From Octopus sinensis (Eukaryota), in contig NC_043015.1 of the NCBI RefSeq assembly GCF_006345805.1, positions 8,370,001 through 8,434,000 of the forward strand: 64,000 nucleotides of DNA. The letters run 5' to 3'. The notes under the pieces are model-generated. The model was not told the origin of the DNA and did no database searches. It saw only the letters and a list, made by a program, of their open reading frames with translations. This document shows positions 23,380 through 36,969 of the stretch, one piece after another; within the stretch, counting starts at the first letter, position 1, and each line of letters opens with the position of its first letter. The translations under genes and the position numbers were made by a program.

Positions 23380-25030
23380 ATCGCTATCACACGAGGAACT
23401 TAAACCTCTTAGCCTTGGCCCTTAATATATATATTAACTCAGCGACTAGATGACAGGATGAAACTAACCCTTAAAACAAAATTTTTCCGAGCGGCCTACC
23501 AACTCAAAATGCTCTCCTTAATAAACACTACCAATACGATGAACAACATAACTTTTCCTATAGAGCACTTAGACCACACACCCTCTCCTGTACCGATCAA
23601 ACAAGTGCTGAATCTGAAACTCTCCGGACTGAAATACTCTATTTTTAGCATATTACTGAAGCAGGAGAAGGTACTCCCTAACCTCTCCAGAAAACAACGC
23701 TTCCTCCTAAATAACACACAAGAGAAGGACCTTGTATACCTCCCTTCCGACAAAGGGAAAGACTTCAAAGAGACACATACAGCTACAAGGTATTTGAGCA
23801 CCATTTATATACAGATGTAACAAACAAGATTGAAGATCTTGAAGATGTCTCATCAAAACCACATGGACAGATATCTGGAGAAGAAGACTTCTTCCCAACA
23901 AATATAATCACAACCTCCCCACCTGGAACAGCAGAATACCAACGTACAACCACCTCATCAAAACCTACTAAACCTGTGTGAATCTGCAGATTAGACTAGT
24001 TCTCTCTAGTATAGAAGCATACATCTATAAAATCTGCTTGTTTCTCTCCCAGATCCTCCTGCCTATAATTGTTACTTTTCCTGGACATGTCAGCAGCTCC
24101 GACGAACTCATACCAAGACTACATCAAATAAAATCTGATCTACTTAAAGTCAACAGATATTACATTAGACTCAACATTTTCTCCCTCTACACGACAGTAT
24201 AAGCTCATCCAGTGCTCAACACAGAGACTGAGTACGTCATTTCATACAGCATATACTGCTATGACCTGACTCCACAAGACATATATCAATTTGTATCAGT
24301 CACCGTTGAGAATATATGTCTACCATCACGCATAAAAAGAAGCAACAGGTTTACCCATGGGATCCAGTCTTTGAGGCCTTCTAGCCAGCATCTATATGAA
24401 ACAGCTGGTATTCCGAGCTCTCAACGACTGACGCCCCTGTGTTTTCTTCACTCGATACATAGGTGATATACTCATCCTCATATCATCCGGTGAAGAGTCC
24501 GACATAATATTTACGACGTGTTCAAACACAGATAACAACATACGATTTACCACAAAACACCCCGATAAAAATGGTTCCTTTTCTCTGTTAGACTTCCAGA
24601 TTAGAATAAGAAACGAAGTTACTATATACACCAATTTCTATGAGAAATCTACCAGAAGAGACCTGTTTGCGCATTATAGATCAGACCTTCCCCTTTCTGT
24701 TGAAACCATATACATAAGAAATGAACTTACGCGTAACAGGAATAAATATAGCGAGACAGAAGACCAGATCCCTCACACTGCATCCTTCATAGATGTACTG
24801 AAGATGAATAGATACCCAATATCCACAACGAATCTACTTAAGAATGAAAGGCGCCGCAGAAATAAGATCTGTAACACCTGATTTACGAAATTACCACATT
24901 TCCGTGAATGTATAACCACAGCTATCCGCACTGAAGGATTTGGCATACAGTTAGCACACTCCTGGCCTTCTCTACGTGGATACATGTCTAAAAAGCAACC
25001 AGAGAAAACCATCGTTCCCATATCTAGCCT
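23380..25030 (+). mobile_element. Degraded Penelope-like element reverse transcriptase
   Basis: LVYLPSDKGK (ADKG-type motif), MGSSL..GLLASIYMK (~24356), RYIGDILIL (~24453; YxDD position), FSLLDFQI. Confidence 0.8.
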
Positions 25031-25384
25031 GACCTGATACAGTAACCAGTCAGTGACTTTTTGTCACTGCAAAAAGTATAGTGTTTTGCATTCGAAGTCA
25101 CAACTCATAACCTAACCAGTCATTGTCATTCGCTGATGACGGGTAACTACCCATACACATGGGTCCATGTGTATCACGTGAGGCTAGGGATGGGTACGAT
25201 AGTTTCCCTTCGCAAATATCGTTCGAGCACAGACAGTATGTCGTTAGCCATCTGGAGGAGATGTCTTCCTGGGGCTATAAACTACAGTAGCATCGTCCCC
25301 TATGGGTCAGCCACATTTAGGTGGCAAACAGTCTTCATGATATCATGCTACTACTGTTTACATTTACGTTCAGATATTTATTAT

Positions 25385-25430
<46 letters not shown>

Positions 25431-25940
25431 CTGTGTGTATGTGATGTAGGTAGGTAGGTAGGTAAGTAGGTATATCAATACTCGCATTCAAATAACGTTA
25501 TTTCCACGATCTTCCATTTTTTTTTACATTACCTTGTCTCATATTTATGTCTTAGTATTATATTTTATTTCTTAAAGTATTTAAATTTGCCTGGACGAAT
25601 AGGATGTTCTATGATTTAGAATTAGCAAACCTACGTACGGCAGTATAAATATCTCCAGCTTATCTCTGTTATGATATTAATATCTGCAGATGCAGCTGAA
25701 ATATACTTAAGTTTAAAATGACTGCCGCATAGAAGATAATCACATCTGGAACACTGCCAATTTTTGTTTTCCAGTTATAGTCATTATATTCATATGGAAT
25801 AGTTAAAAACGCTCTTACAATGGTAATGATTTAATTACACCAAGAGGATTGGCAATCAGGAGGACGATTCCGGGACACTAAGTTGTGTGTTTACATAAAG
25901 AAAGTGCATAAACAAAATATATATCAAAAATTACACGTAA

Positions 25941-26105
25941 GGCGCAGGAGTGGCTGTGTGGTAAGTAGCTTGCTAACCAACCACATGGTTCCGGGTTCAG
26001 TCCCACTGCGTGGCATCTTGGGCAAGTGTCTTCTACTATAGCCCCGGGCCGACCAATGCCTTGTGAGTGGATTTGGTAGACGGAAACTGAAAGAAGCCTG
26101 TCGTA

Positions 26106-26156
<51 letters not shown>

Positions 26157-26365
26157 CTGTGTTTGTGTTTGGTCCCATAGCATTGCTTGACCACCGATGC
26201 TGGTGTGCTTGCGTCCCCGTCACTTAGCGGTTCGGCAAAAGAGACCGATAGAATAAGTACTGGGCTTACAAAGAGTAAGTCCCGGGGTCGATTTGCTCGA
26301 CTAAAGGTGGTGCTCCAGCATGGCCGCAGTTAAATGACTGAAACAAGTAATAGAGTAAAAGAGAG
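25941..26365 (+). mobile_element. Type A tRNA-headed SINE with internal (TA)n(TG)n
   Basis: A-box-like tggctgtgtgg, B-box-like ggttcagtccc; tail ..gactgaaacaagtaa(t)agagtaaaagag. Confidence 0.9.
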
Positions 26366-26740
26366 AGTAAGTAATTCCAAAACGTTATGCCCCTGTAACA
26401 GAGGGAGAGATTTCTTGGAAATGCTACAGAATATTTGCCTAAATCGATTGTCAAATAATTCATTAAAGACGAGCATACTTCCCGGTCTGTTACTTAATTT
26501 TCACGAAAATTGTATTTGCTATCACTTCCATTTCATCTTTATCGTACATTATATTCCTCAGTTAGAAAATTCCAACCCAGGGAATGGGCAAATTTTATTT
26601 TGATTACAGATATGTTACGTTTCCGTGTTTTCTCAACAGCATTAGCCAAAGCTGAAGGTTTCCCTGAAAGAGGTTTTGTTACTGTACACTCTTATTTTTG
26701 TTATCATATGAGTTTCTGGAGTTGATTATATTCTTTCTGT

Positions 26741-27126
26741 CGTGGAGGCGCAATTGCCCAGTGGTTAGGGCAGCGGACTCGCGGTCGTAGGATCGCGGTT
26801 TCGATTCCCAGACCGGGCGTTGTGAGTGTTTATTGAGCGAAAACACCTAAAGCTCCACGAGCCTCCGGCAGAGATGGTGGTGATCTCTGCTGTACTCTTT
26901 CACCACAACTTTCTCTCACTCTTACTTCCTGTTTCTGTTGTACCTGTATTTCAAAGTGCCGGCCTTGTCACTCTCTGTGTCACGCTGAATATCTTCGAGA
27001 ACTACGTTAAGGGTACACGTGTCTGTGGAGTGCTCAGCCACTTACACGTTAATTTCAAGAGCAGGCTGTTCCGTTGATTTGGATCAACCGGAACACTCAT
27101 CGTCGTAACCGACAGAGTGCTTCCAC
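26741..27126 (+). mobile_element. Type B tRNA-headed SINE with a 13-bp TSD
   Basis: TSD atattctttctgt at 26728-26740 and 27127-27139; A box tgcccagtgg, B box ggtttcgattcc. Confidence 0.92.
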
Positions 27127-27895
27127 ATATTCTTTCTGTTAATAGCCTAATTGGTTTTAACTGATAGTTTTCTCCTGTTCGTTTGCAGCAGATGTAGGAC
27201 TTCTTGCTAAAATTTCTAGAATTTCCGCAGTTCTCCAATTTGAAAGTTTGTAAAAATTACAAATTTTCCTCAATGATTGTGGAAGTGCCAGCGATCGCTC
27301 TTCAATCTCAATAATGGAGATTCAAGTTATTATTGTCGGGTTACTTTGTTTTGATATATGGGTCATCTAGAGTGAAGTGTACTTTTCTTCTTGACACAGC
27401 TACTGGTTTCGGTAATCCCATTGGTGGTGACGGTGTTGGTGGAGGGGTACTGGTCGTTTAGCAGCAGCACTATTGTTACCTTTCTCTTTGTCGGCTGTCC
27501 TCGCGATATTTTTGACGGTGTTTAGCATGTTATTAACCTTTAATATTTAATTTTTGTTATGTCATTATTATCGTACATTTAAATTGTTGCTGGACATATT
27601 TAGTTACTGGCAGCATCTCTGCAGTTGCAATTTTGTTGTTACCAAACTTAAAACTTTTAACTTGGAGAAGACGAATGGCTTCAGAGAGCAAGATGAAACT
27701 TGTGAGTGGTATACTTTATTTTCCTCTCTAAATTGCAAGGCTTCCATCCTATTTTAATGCCCAGAAAGAAAACTCAGTATTTTAATGTATTTGTTTACTT
27801 GTCTGAATATATTTTATTTTTCAAAAATATAAAAAATGTATTATATGTTGCTATGCTTTAGCACAGAGATTTACGAGAATAAAAAAAATAACATA

Positions 27896-28298
27896 GGCGC
27901 AGGAGTGACTGTGTGGTAAGTAGCTTGCTTACCAACCACATGGTCCTGAGTTCAGTCCCACTGCGTGGCACCTTGGGTGAGTGTCTTCTACTATAGCCTC
28001 GGGACGACCAAAGCCTTGTGAGTGGATTTGGTAGACGGAAACTGAAAGAAGCCCGTCCTATATATGTATATATATATATGTGCGTGTGTGTAAGTTTGTG
28101 TGTCTGTGTTTGTCCCTCCAACATTGCTTGACAACCGACGGTGGCATGTTTACGTCCCCGTAACTTAGCGGTTCGGCAAAAGAGACCGATAGAATAAGTA
28201 CTAGGCTTACAAAGAATAAGTCCTGGGTTCGATTTGCTCGACTAAAAGCGGTGCTCCAGCATGGCCGCAGTCAAATGACTGTAACGAGTAAAGAGTAA
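27896..28298 (+). mobile_element. Type A tRNA-headed SINE
   Basis: About 90% similar to 25941-26365. Confidence 0.9.
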
Positions 28299-28909
28299 CT
28301 CACAAATATCGTGATGGTTTTGTGTAGAGTAGTAAGAGCAAAACTGTTTGTGATAAGCCCTGAAGTCTCTCTAAATAGAATAGACAATATTAGTCATATA
28401 AAGATGGTGATGATGCTGATGATGGTAGACGAAACGGTGAAAATAATTAGTAGTGAAAGGAAAAGAAAAAGAAAGGCATTGTGCAGCCCAATGAGAGCGC
28501 GAAAGAGAGAGAGAGATAGAGGGGGAGGTAGGGAGGTAGGGAGAGAGATAGTGAGAGAGAGATACTGGTCTTTGGATTGCAAAACTCGGATTTACATGGA
28601 ATTGCATCGTACTGCATAATGTACTTACTGCTTGAGATCCTTTTTGTGACTACAATTCCCTGAACACAAAATATCTTCAAGTTATTGTTTTGGCAAGAAA
28701 GTAATTTGGGTGTTTGTAAATAAATTTACGATTTTTTAAATGACTATTTTCTATGTTATGATCTTTTCCTTTTGACATTTGATAGCCGTTACATTTAGCA
28801 TACTTTAGAAGTAATTTGCGCGTAATAGGGTTTACACCTGTAAATCCAGTGTCAGTTTTAACGTGGAGTGCATAAGCGAACATTTTAGACATATATTGGT
28901 CTCAATCAC

Positions 28910-29960
28910 CGTAGAGGTAAGAAAGCTGCTGAGACTCACAAAAACATTCGGAAGTTCATAGTGTTGCCTGTTTAACGCCAGATACATCTAAGAGATGGTA
29001 CAAAAACTTCAGCTCCGGAGATTTTCCCTTCAATGATGACCAACGTTCTGGTCGACCTATTGAAGTTGATGATGACCGAATTAAAGCCATGATTGAATCT
29101 TATTATTATATAACTATGCGAGAGATTGCAGAAATGGTAAATGTATCGCATACAATAACAGAAAATAATTTGAATTTATTGGACTCGTTAAGAAGGTCGA
29201 TATTTTGATTACACGTAAATTGGGACTCAACACAACGAATCAATATTTGCGATATGCTTCTCAAACACAATGAAGTCCTTTTTGAAACGAATCATCGTTG
29301 GTCATGAAAAAAGTGATTCTCTACAGTAACATCAATCGAAATTGATCATAGTCCAAGCGTAATGAACCAGCACACACCACACCGAAAGATGAATTGCACT
29401 AAAATAATGTATGCTGTCAATTTGATGGGATTTCAAAGGTGTTGTGTAGTTGGAGCTGTTTCCACGGAGACAAACTATATATTCAGGTGTTTACTGTCAA
29501 TAATTATGAAGCCGAAGGAAGCTATCAAAGAAAAAAACTGTCAGAATCGGCAAATCGTACAGGAATCGTGTTCCACCATGACTACGCTAGATGATGCGCA
29601 TATTTGTTACCGCGAGAAATTAAAAATATTGGAGCTCAATTGGAAAGTGATGTCACATCCACCATAGAGCTCTGACCTTGCACCGTCAGACTGCCATTCA
29701 TTTCTAAGCTTGCAACATGTTTTACATTTAAAAAACTTTCAATAACGATATTGTCCTGAAATAGCACTAGCTTCAGCTTTTGGCTGATAAGAACAAGAAG
29801 TTCAATGAGCGCGAATACATGAAGTTGCCATAAAAAATAGCTAAAGGTCATCAAACAAAAGCAAAAGTATATTATTGATTGAAGTCCGTTCTTTGTATGA
29901 AAAAAAAGTGATATTTATTGCACGCTTAAAAAAAATTTTATAACTTTATTGCCAACCCAT
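28910..29960 (+). mobile_element. Degraded mariner (Tc1/mariner) transposon; right TIR present, left end missing
   Basis: Relic motifs FLKRIIVGHEK (~29279), VFHHDYAR (~29568), WKVMSHPP*SSDLAPSDCH (YSPDLAP motif, ~29641); TIR aactttattgccaaccca at 29942-29959. Confidence 0.85.
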
Positions 29961-30702
29961 TACTGTACCAAACATATAGTGATATCTTGCACTCAAAGTG
30001 ATATTAAAGTGATATCCCGCACACATATGAATACCTTCAAGAGCCAGTCGTTTTCCATATAATGACGTCAGTTAAGCTGTTTAGAAGTGTAGTAGTTTAG
30101 AAACTTCCATTTCAGATAAGCGCTATAAAATATAATGAATTTAGCTAATATAATATTTAGCTAAGTGATTAGCCTTAGGATTAAGATAATTGTGTCTGTC
30201 AATTTTCGTTTTCTTATATCAAGGGTAGATACTGGCATGTAACGAATTACATAGCATGTAGAACATTCTTAACTACATACACAATATCAGTATTGACAGA
30301 AAGTACGAGTATTTTTAGCGTTTTTAAAGTGTTGTAATATCAGGATTTTTCCTGTTTATATTTTCCATTTCATTTTTCATTTCTTTGTTATATTCAATCT
30401 TTTTTTCTTTCTCTTCAGGGTGCATCGGTTTTTCTTTACTGTGACTCAAGGATTGCGGGAGAGTACATGGCAATAATATAACATTTCTTACGAATATTAA
30501 ACTCTCAGTGCATCGGGTTTAATTGAGCTCCTATGTTTATTAAATGATGTTTAACTCTCGTTGGCCGGAATACCTCCTTTCCAAAAAGGGACGAGTACAC
30601 TACACATACATATACACAGACGCATACACACACAAACACATACACATATACACAAACACACACACACGCATTCTCACACACGCATACACACACACACACA
30701 CA

Positions 30703-30794
<92 letters not shown>

Positions 30795-31224
30795 CATGCA
30801 CCAGACTCTCATAAATGTATATATAAATATATTCACATGTATATACATGCAAGTAACCATACATATGCGTATACATGCAAATAAATAAATAAGTGAATAA
30901 ATATATGCGTTTTGTGTGGGTGCGTATAAATTTGTGCACAGTAGAATGTCTATGCTTGTAAAGACTCAGTTTTATTTTATTATTTCTCTAGCACGCCTAT
31001 CCTAGAGTATGCTTTATTATCGGAAAATGAATATTTGGCTTTGACCTCTATTATTAGGTGATGGATGCAATTTCGTTCAGAGCTACCAATTTATTACAAG
31101 TATGCCAACGGTCACATAACATGTTGCGAGCTGTGTCCTATCAATAAGCATTTGCGATGTGCCATAATCGACTTGTTTTCAATTATGACATTAACGTTAT
31201 CATTATTACTTTCGGTTTTATGCT

Positions 31225-31225
31225 T

Positions 31226-31286
<61 letters not shown>

Positions 31287-31594
31287 CATCATGATTATTA
31301 TTATTATTATTATTATTATTATCATCATCATTATTATTATTATTATCATCATTATTATTATTATTATTATTATTCTCTTTCTTATTCTTATTCTTCATAT
31401 TATCATTATTATTATTATTATCATTATTATTATTATTATTTTTATTATTATTATTATTAGTAGTAGTAATAGTAGTAATAGAAATAATACTATTAGTATC
31501 ACCATTATTTTATTATCATTATTATCATTATTATTATTATTTGTTATCGTAGTCGACGTCGTTATCAACCTACTTGCCATTATTACAATTTTGG

Positions 31595-31632
<38 letters not shown>

Positions 31633-31677
31633 TTATTATTGTTATTATCATTATTATTATTATCATTATTATTATTA

Positions 31678-31708
<31 letters not shown>

Positions 31709-31710
31709 CA

Positions 31711-31800
<90 letters not shown>
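31225..31800. repeat. Compound (TAT)n array of about 580 bp with CAT/AGT variants
   Basis: Direct reading; it explains the poly-Y/I/L/N ORFs. Confidence 0.95.
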
Positions 31801-32421
31801 TTATTCAACGGTGTGTAGGTAATATGGTTCTAGATTAAATGTTTAACTCAAGAAGCCTTTATATGAGTTACTGCTTCACACTCATTGTTTGCTACGTTAT
31901 AAGAATATTGGAAGAAAATTCAATCTTTAGTTAATATATATCTCCTTTTCTCACAAGCGTCTGCCCTTATGCCCGTGTGGGAAATCAATTCTCATTTTAT
32001 TTGTTCTTGTGAACGTAATTAAACATACACGAATTCACATAGACGGCGAGACTGGGTCATACACGCATATACACACATTTATTCATAAAAAAAAAATTAT
32101 AGCTGCATACATGTCTTCCATTAATAAATTGGTAAACGTTTATCAGATATCGAAAGAAACCCCACAAGCTTTGAGTATCAACCAAACATACATACACACT
32201 CTGTAGACACATACATATGTGAGCATGTACGTTTATATACATGTATGCATATACTTATTAAAATAGACGCATACGTGTCTCTGCTTATCGAGGTATATGT
32301 GTGCATTTCTGTATATAATATATGCATATATATATGTGTGTGTGTGTATGTATGTGTATATATATGTATATATGTGTGTATATATATGCATATATATATG
32401 TAGATATCTATATATAAATAA

Positions 32422-32459
<38 letters not shown>

Positions 32460-33174
32460 GGATATACATATGTGTATGTGTGTTTATATATATATATATA
32501 TATAATATATATATATATAGACATAATAGGTACAGACACACGCACACACAGAGACACATATATATTTATGTATTTATGTATACCCATAATGTAGACATTC
32601 ATGCACGGACACACGTATACGTAGTCTGTTACTTTATATGAATTACACACACGTTTATTACTCTTCTTGCTCACTAAGATCCAAGCAACCTTCATAAATT
32701 AAACGAAACTATGTCGTAGGTCAGGTAGGGTTAATGGCTGCATGAAGTACGTTTACCATTTCCTGCAATTTTTTTTTTATCGTTACCTATATCACAAAGA
32801 AAATTGTATATTACTAATTCGTCTAAAAAAATCATTGTTCTACATTGTGGATTTTATAGGTAAGTTACAACAGTGATGTTTCATATAAAATTCCTTTGGG
32901 AAATCATTATAAAGTCGTAAAACGCTTCTCGAACGAATTGACGGGTTATGGCACTGGAGGGCAAAAATGAAGGCTTTGTCTAGAATAAAAATATACATTA
33001 AATGTAGTGAATGCAAACATTACTGCTTAATAGGAATATTATGGTCTTACTTTTAAAACGCATCTATGCAAAATATTATATTGGAAACGATAGGTGAAGT
33101 GTCTCCACTTAAAAATGGTGGTAGTCATAGTTGTAGTAGTGGCGGTGGAGGTGGTACTAGTAGTAGTAGAAGAC

Positions 33175-33214
<40 letters not shown>

Positions 33215-33656
33215 CAGTAGTATAATCGCAGTATTATTGGTTGCGACTTTAGGAATTGTAGAAGTATTAAAACGTGTAGCCATCGTGGTAAAATATTGAC
33301 ATGCTGGTGTGCATTTTGGTGAATCAATAAATCGTAGGGTTGTACATGGCGCTCTTTACTTATATAATTTAATGTTCTGAATTGAAATACTTCCAAGGTC
33401 GAATTTATTCAAATTCCCTCCTGGGATAACCAAAATGACGTTTTTTTATAAATTCTTATATAACCAAAATTTTCATCTGACGAAGAAACTGTCAGACTTG
33501 AGGGGAATTGTTAATGAAATGCAAGCGACATTTATATAAGGCAGTCTGTCAAATCCTCTTAAATTATTGAATTTCAGTTGATTAGTTTGATGATCTTAAT
33601 GCCATACACAAACGCTCACACTTACGTGAGCGCGCACACACACGCATATATATATC

Positions 33657-34071
33657 TCTCTTTACTCTTTAACTCTTTTACTTGTTTCAGTCATTTGACA
33701 GCGGCCATGCTGGAGGACCGCCTTTATACGATAAAATCGACCCCGAGACTTATTCTTGTAAGCCCAGTACTTATTATATCGGTCTCTTTTGCCGAACCGC
33801 TAAGTTACGGGGACGTAAATACACCAGCATCGGTTGTCATGCAATGATAGGGGGACAAACAAAGACACACAAACACACAAATACATATACATATATATAT
33901 ACATATATGCGACAGGCTTCTTTCATTTTCCGTCTACCAAATCCACTCACAAGGCATTGGTCGGCCCGGGGCTATAGCAGAAGACACTTGCCCAAGATGC
34001 CACGCAGTGGGACAGAACCCGGAACCATGTGGTTGGTTAGCAAGCTTCTTACCACACAGCCGCTCCTGCGG

Positions 34072-34072
<1 letters not shown>
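33657..34072 (-). mobile_element. Type A tRNA-headed SINE
   Basis: Reverse complement of the 25941 family. Confidence 0.9.
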
Positions 34073-34114
<42 letters not shown>

Positions 34115-34545
34115 AAAACATATTTTCTCATCTATATGCATATCTTTCTATATGTTTACACTCACATTCACGCACACACAGAAACACAATAAAGCACTGC
34201 TAACACACACATGTATATATTTTTTAGAGGAGATAGTTGTAGAGAGGGCCTGAAAGATGATTGAGGCAGGGATATTGATATATGCTCAGTTATGTTTTGA
34301 AGGAAACACTTATCTGTAATTAGATCAATGTTATCGGAATGTTCATATGATGATTCCTGAAAACATAGAAAAGTGCAAATTTTTCGAATATTTCAATAGA
34401 AGAAAATAAAAATGCTTTCTTCTGCGGTACAAATCTTCATCAAACACACATGCTGACACACACAAAGACACCCATGGACGCACACACTAAACACACACAC
34501 ATGCACCAACACACACACATATACGTATGTATGTATGCATGAATG

Positions 34546-34843
34546 TTGTGTCTTCTCGAGCAATGCCTGGCTCATAAGGGCCTGTTTCCCGGTTTCCTTG
34601 GCATATAGATTCCCCACCTGGACGGGATGCCGGTCCGTCGCAAGTGAGCTGCACGATGCAGGAGGAAAGAGTGAGAGAAAGCTGTGTCGAAATAGTCTGC
34701 AGAAGTTCGCCATTACCTTCTACCGGAGCCGCGTGGAGCTGAGGTGTTTTCGCTCATAAACACATACATCGCCCAGTCTGAGATTCGAACCCGCGATCCC
34801 TCGACCGCGAGTCCACTGGCCTTATCACTAGGCCATGTGCCTC
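34546..34843 (-). mobile_element. SINE with type B head/body and a different tail
   Basis: Head/body match 26741; tail matches 45723; possible TSD catgaatg at 34538-34545 and 34844-34851. Confidence 0.8.
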
Positions 34844-35159
34844 CATGAATGGCTTAACGGTAAGGTGTTGCACTCTCCTTACATCAGGACTTCAATTCCT
34901 AGACCTACTGGTGCATTTTCTTATAGAGCGAAACACTTCATCTCAAGTTGATCCGAGATCACTTCGACACCTGAAGCAAGGTATAATGTACACCTGTTGA
35001 GAGGACGTCGATTTAACAGAAAGAATGAGGTAATATGCGTCTCGAACAAGTGTTTACTGCGATCAAATCGGTTTTGTGCGAGTCGTTAGCCAAAGTGTTA
35101 ATGCTCATATCTCGTCTTCGACCTGAGAATCCGTCGTATATGTGTGTGTGTGTGTGTGG

Positions 35160-35218
<59 letters not shown>

Positions 35219-36024
35219 TAGATAGATAGATAGATAAATAGATTCACATTTAGATACACATGATATTACAAAGCATAACTGTGATGTTTATTGATGGTCA
35301 CAAGTTCAACCCACGCACGCACAAACACCCGCACACATATACATGATCGCTCACACACATGCACGCAAACGCAAAAACTCGTACATTTATGTTTGCCAAA
35401 TATATCGATCAGTTTTCTTAGAGCAACAACAAATTTCTTTTTAAATATTATTTTCTGTACTTGATAGCCTCCATTTTTTTCCATCTAGTGTCATTTCAGG
35501 ATAGCTTGTAATATATTATTCTCTTTTTATTCCAGTGTAGTGTAGAATTCGTACTAATATTCTTTGTCTATTCAGCCAAAATTTTATAGAAAGCTTTACT
35601 TTTCTTATTGAATATTTATTGGCTGTTGAAATGGAAACATAGATTCGGTGGGTAGTACGTCCTTCGCACATCATAATTTCTCCTTCAAACATTTTAGATG
35701 TTACCACTTCTATAATTTCTTTTGAAAATATTAAGAGAAAATAAATATTACAGAAATAGTATGTTATGAAACTATGTCAGCAACATAAAAGATAACTGTC
35801 ATTAAAACACTTTCTCTTGTTGTTCAGTTTTGATGTGTATAATAATTACTGTTAAATCGAAAACATTCTTAATATGTTACTATATCAATAAGTATATATT
35901 TCGATGATTATACTGAATATGACGACAGTCTTATCTGAGTTGCAGTTAAAAGTAACCTAGATAGCTAAAGATGACATATAAACATTGGAATGCCGTGTAG
36001 AATATATATTAGTGTAGGACGTTT

Positions 36025-36057
<33 letters not shown>

Positions 36058-36862
36058 ACATACACGCACGAACGAACGCACGAATGCACACACACGCATA
36101 TATGTGTGTAGATCTTTCAATGTTATTTTGACGGTAGAAACTTTTATATACCCCACTTAAATGTGCTAAGTATTTATTTATTTTTATTATTTCTTTAAAT
36201 TTAAGTAAGATTCATAACATGGATTCTCTTAGCAATTTTAATGTACTATTAAATTCAGTAAGCTAAAAACAATGCAAAAAACGATTTTATATACTGTAGA
36301 ATGAATTGACACACTAGAATCAATAATTTGTGTTTTAATCTAAGCAACAAATCTCCGCAACTGCCTATTAAATGAGAGAAAAGCGAAACAACATCCACTG
36401 CAATAGTCTAATTTTCAAGCAAATGTGTATTGCACTAAAATTAAAATATTCTAAATTTCCTATATATTGCATTGCCTAAACTAGGCGTGCGTTTCTGATT
36501 TGCATAAAATCAATCGTATTTATAGCAGACCGCTTAGGTACACATATGAGTTGAATAAATACATACCAAGTTAAAACAATTCTGATGAGGTTTTAAGCAA
36601 AATGTTTCAGCTCACGTCAATGAATGAAAACTAAGATAGGGTATATCATGTTAGCGCATATCTAATGATTAAATAAGATAATAAAAGTTTCAGAAATGCT
36701 TCCCATTTCAAAGAAAGTGTTATTGCCTTACACTAAATGTCTAACATAGTATTCAGATCTCAACTTTAATCCAGGCGTTTTTATATATGTGAAATAATGC
36801 AGAATATTTGAATTGAACACCCTACGCTCGTGAGCCATTTTCACATCGAATATTGTAAGTGA

Positions 36863-36969
<107 letters not shown>

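Noticed and set aside
25133-25167. CTGATGA followed by a GGGT/ACCC stem and a perfect 10-bp hairpin near the end of the PLE at 23380
   Set aside because: There is no GAAA box and no stem I; at best an unrecognisable relic.
25941-26015. tRNA-like sequences with A/B boxes (also at 26741, 27896, 45990, 51279)
   Set aside because: They are SINE heads: no complete cloverleaf, and they are followed by SINE bodies and TSDs.
33477-33496. CTGACGA-A-GAAAC-TGTC
   Set aside because: There is no stem II or stem I pairing; likely chance.
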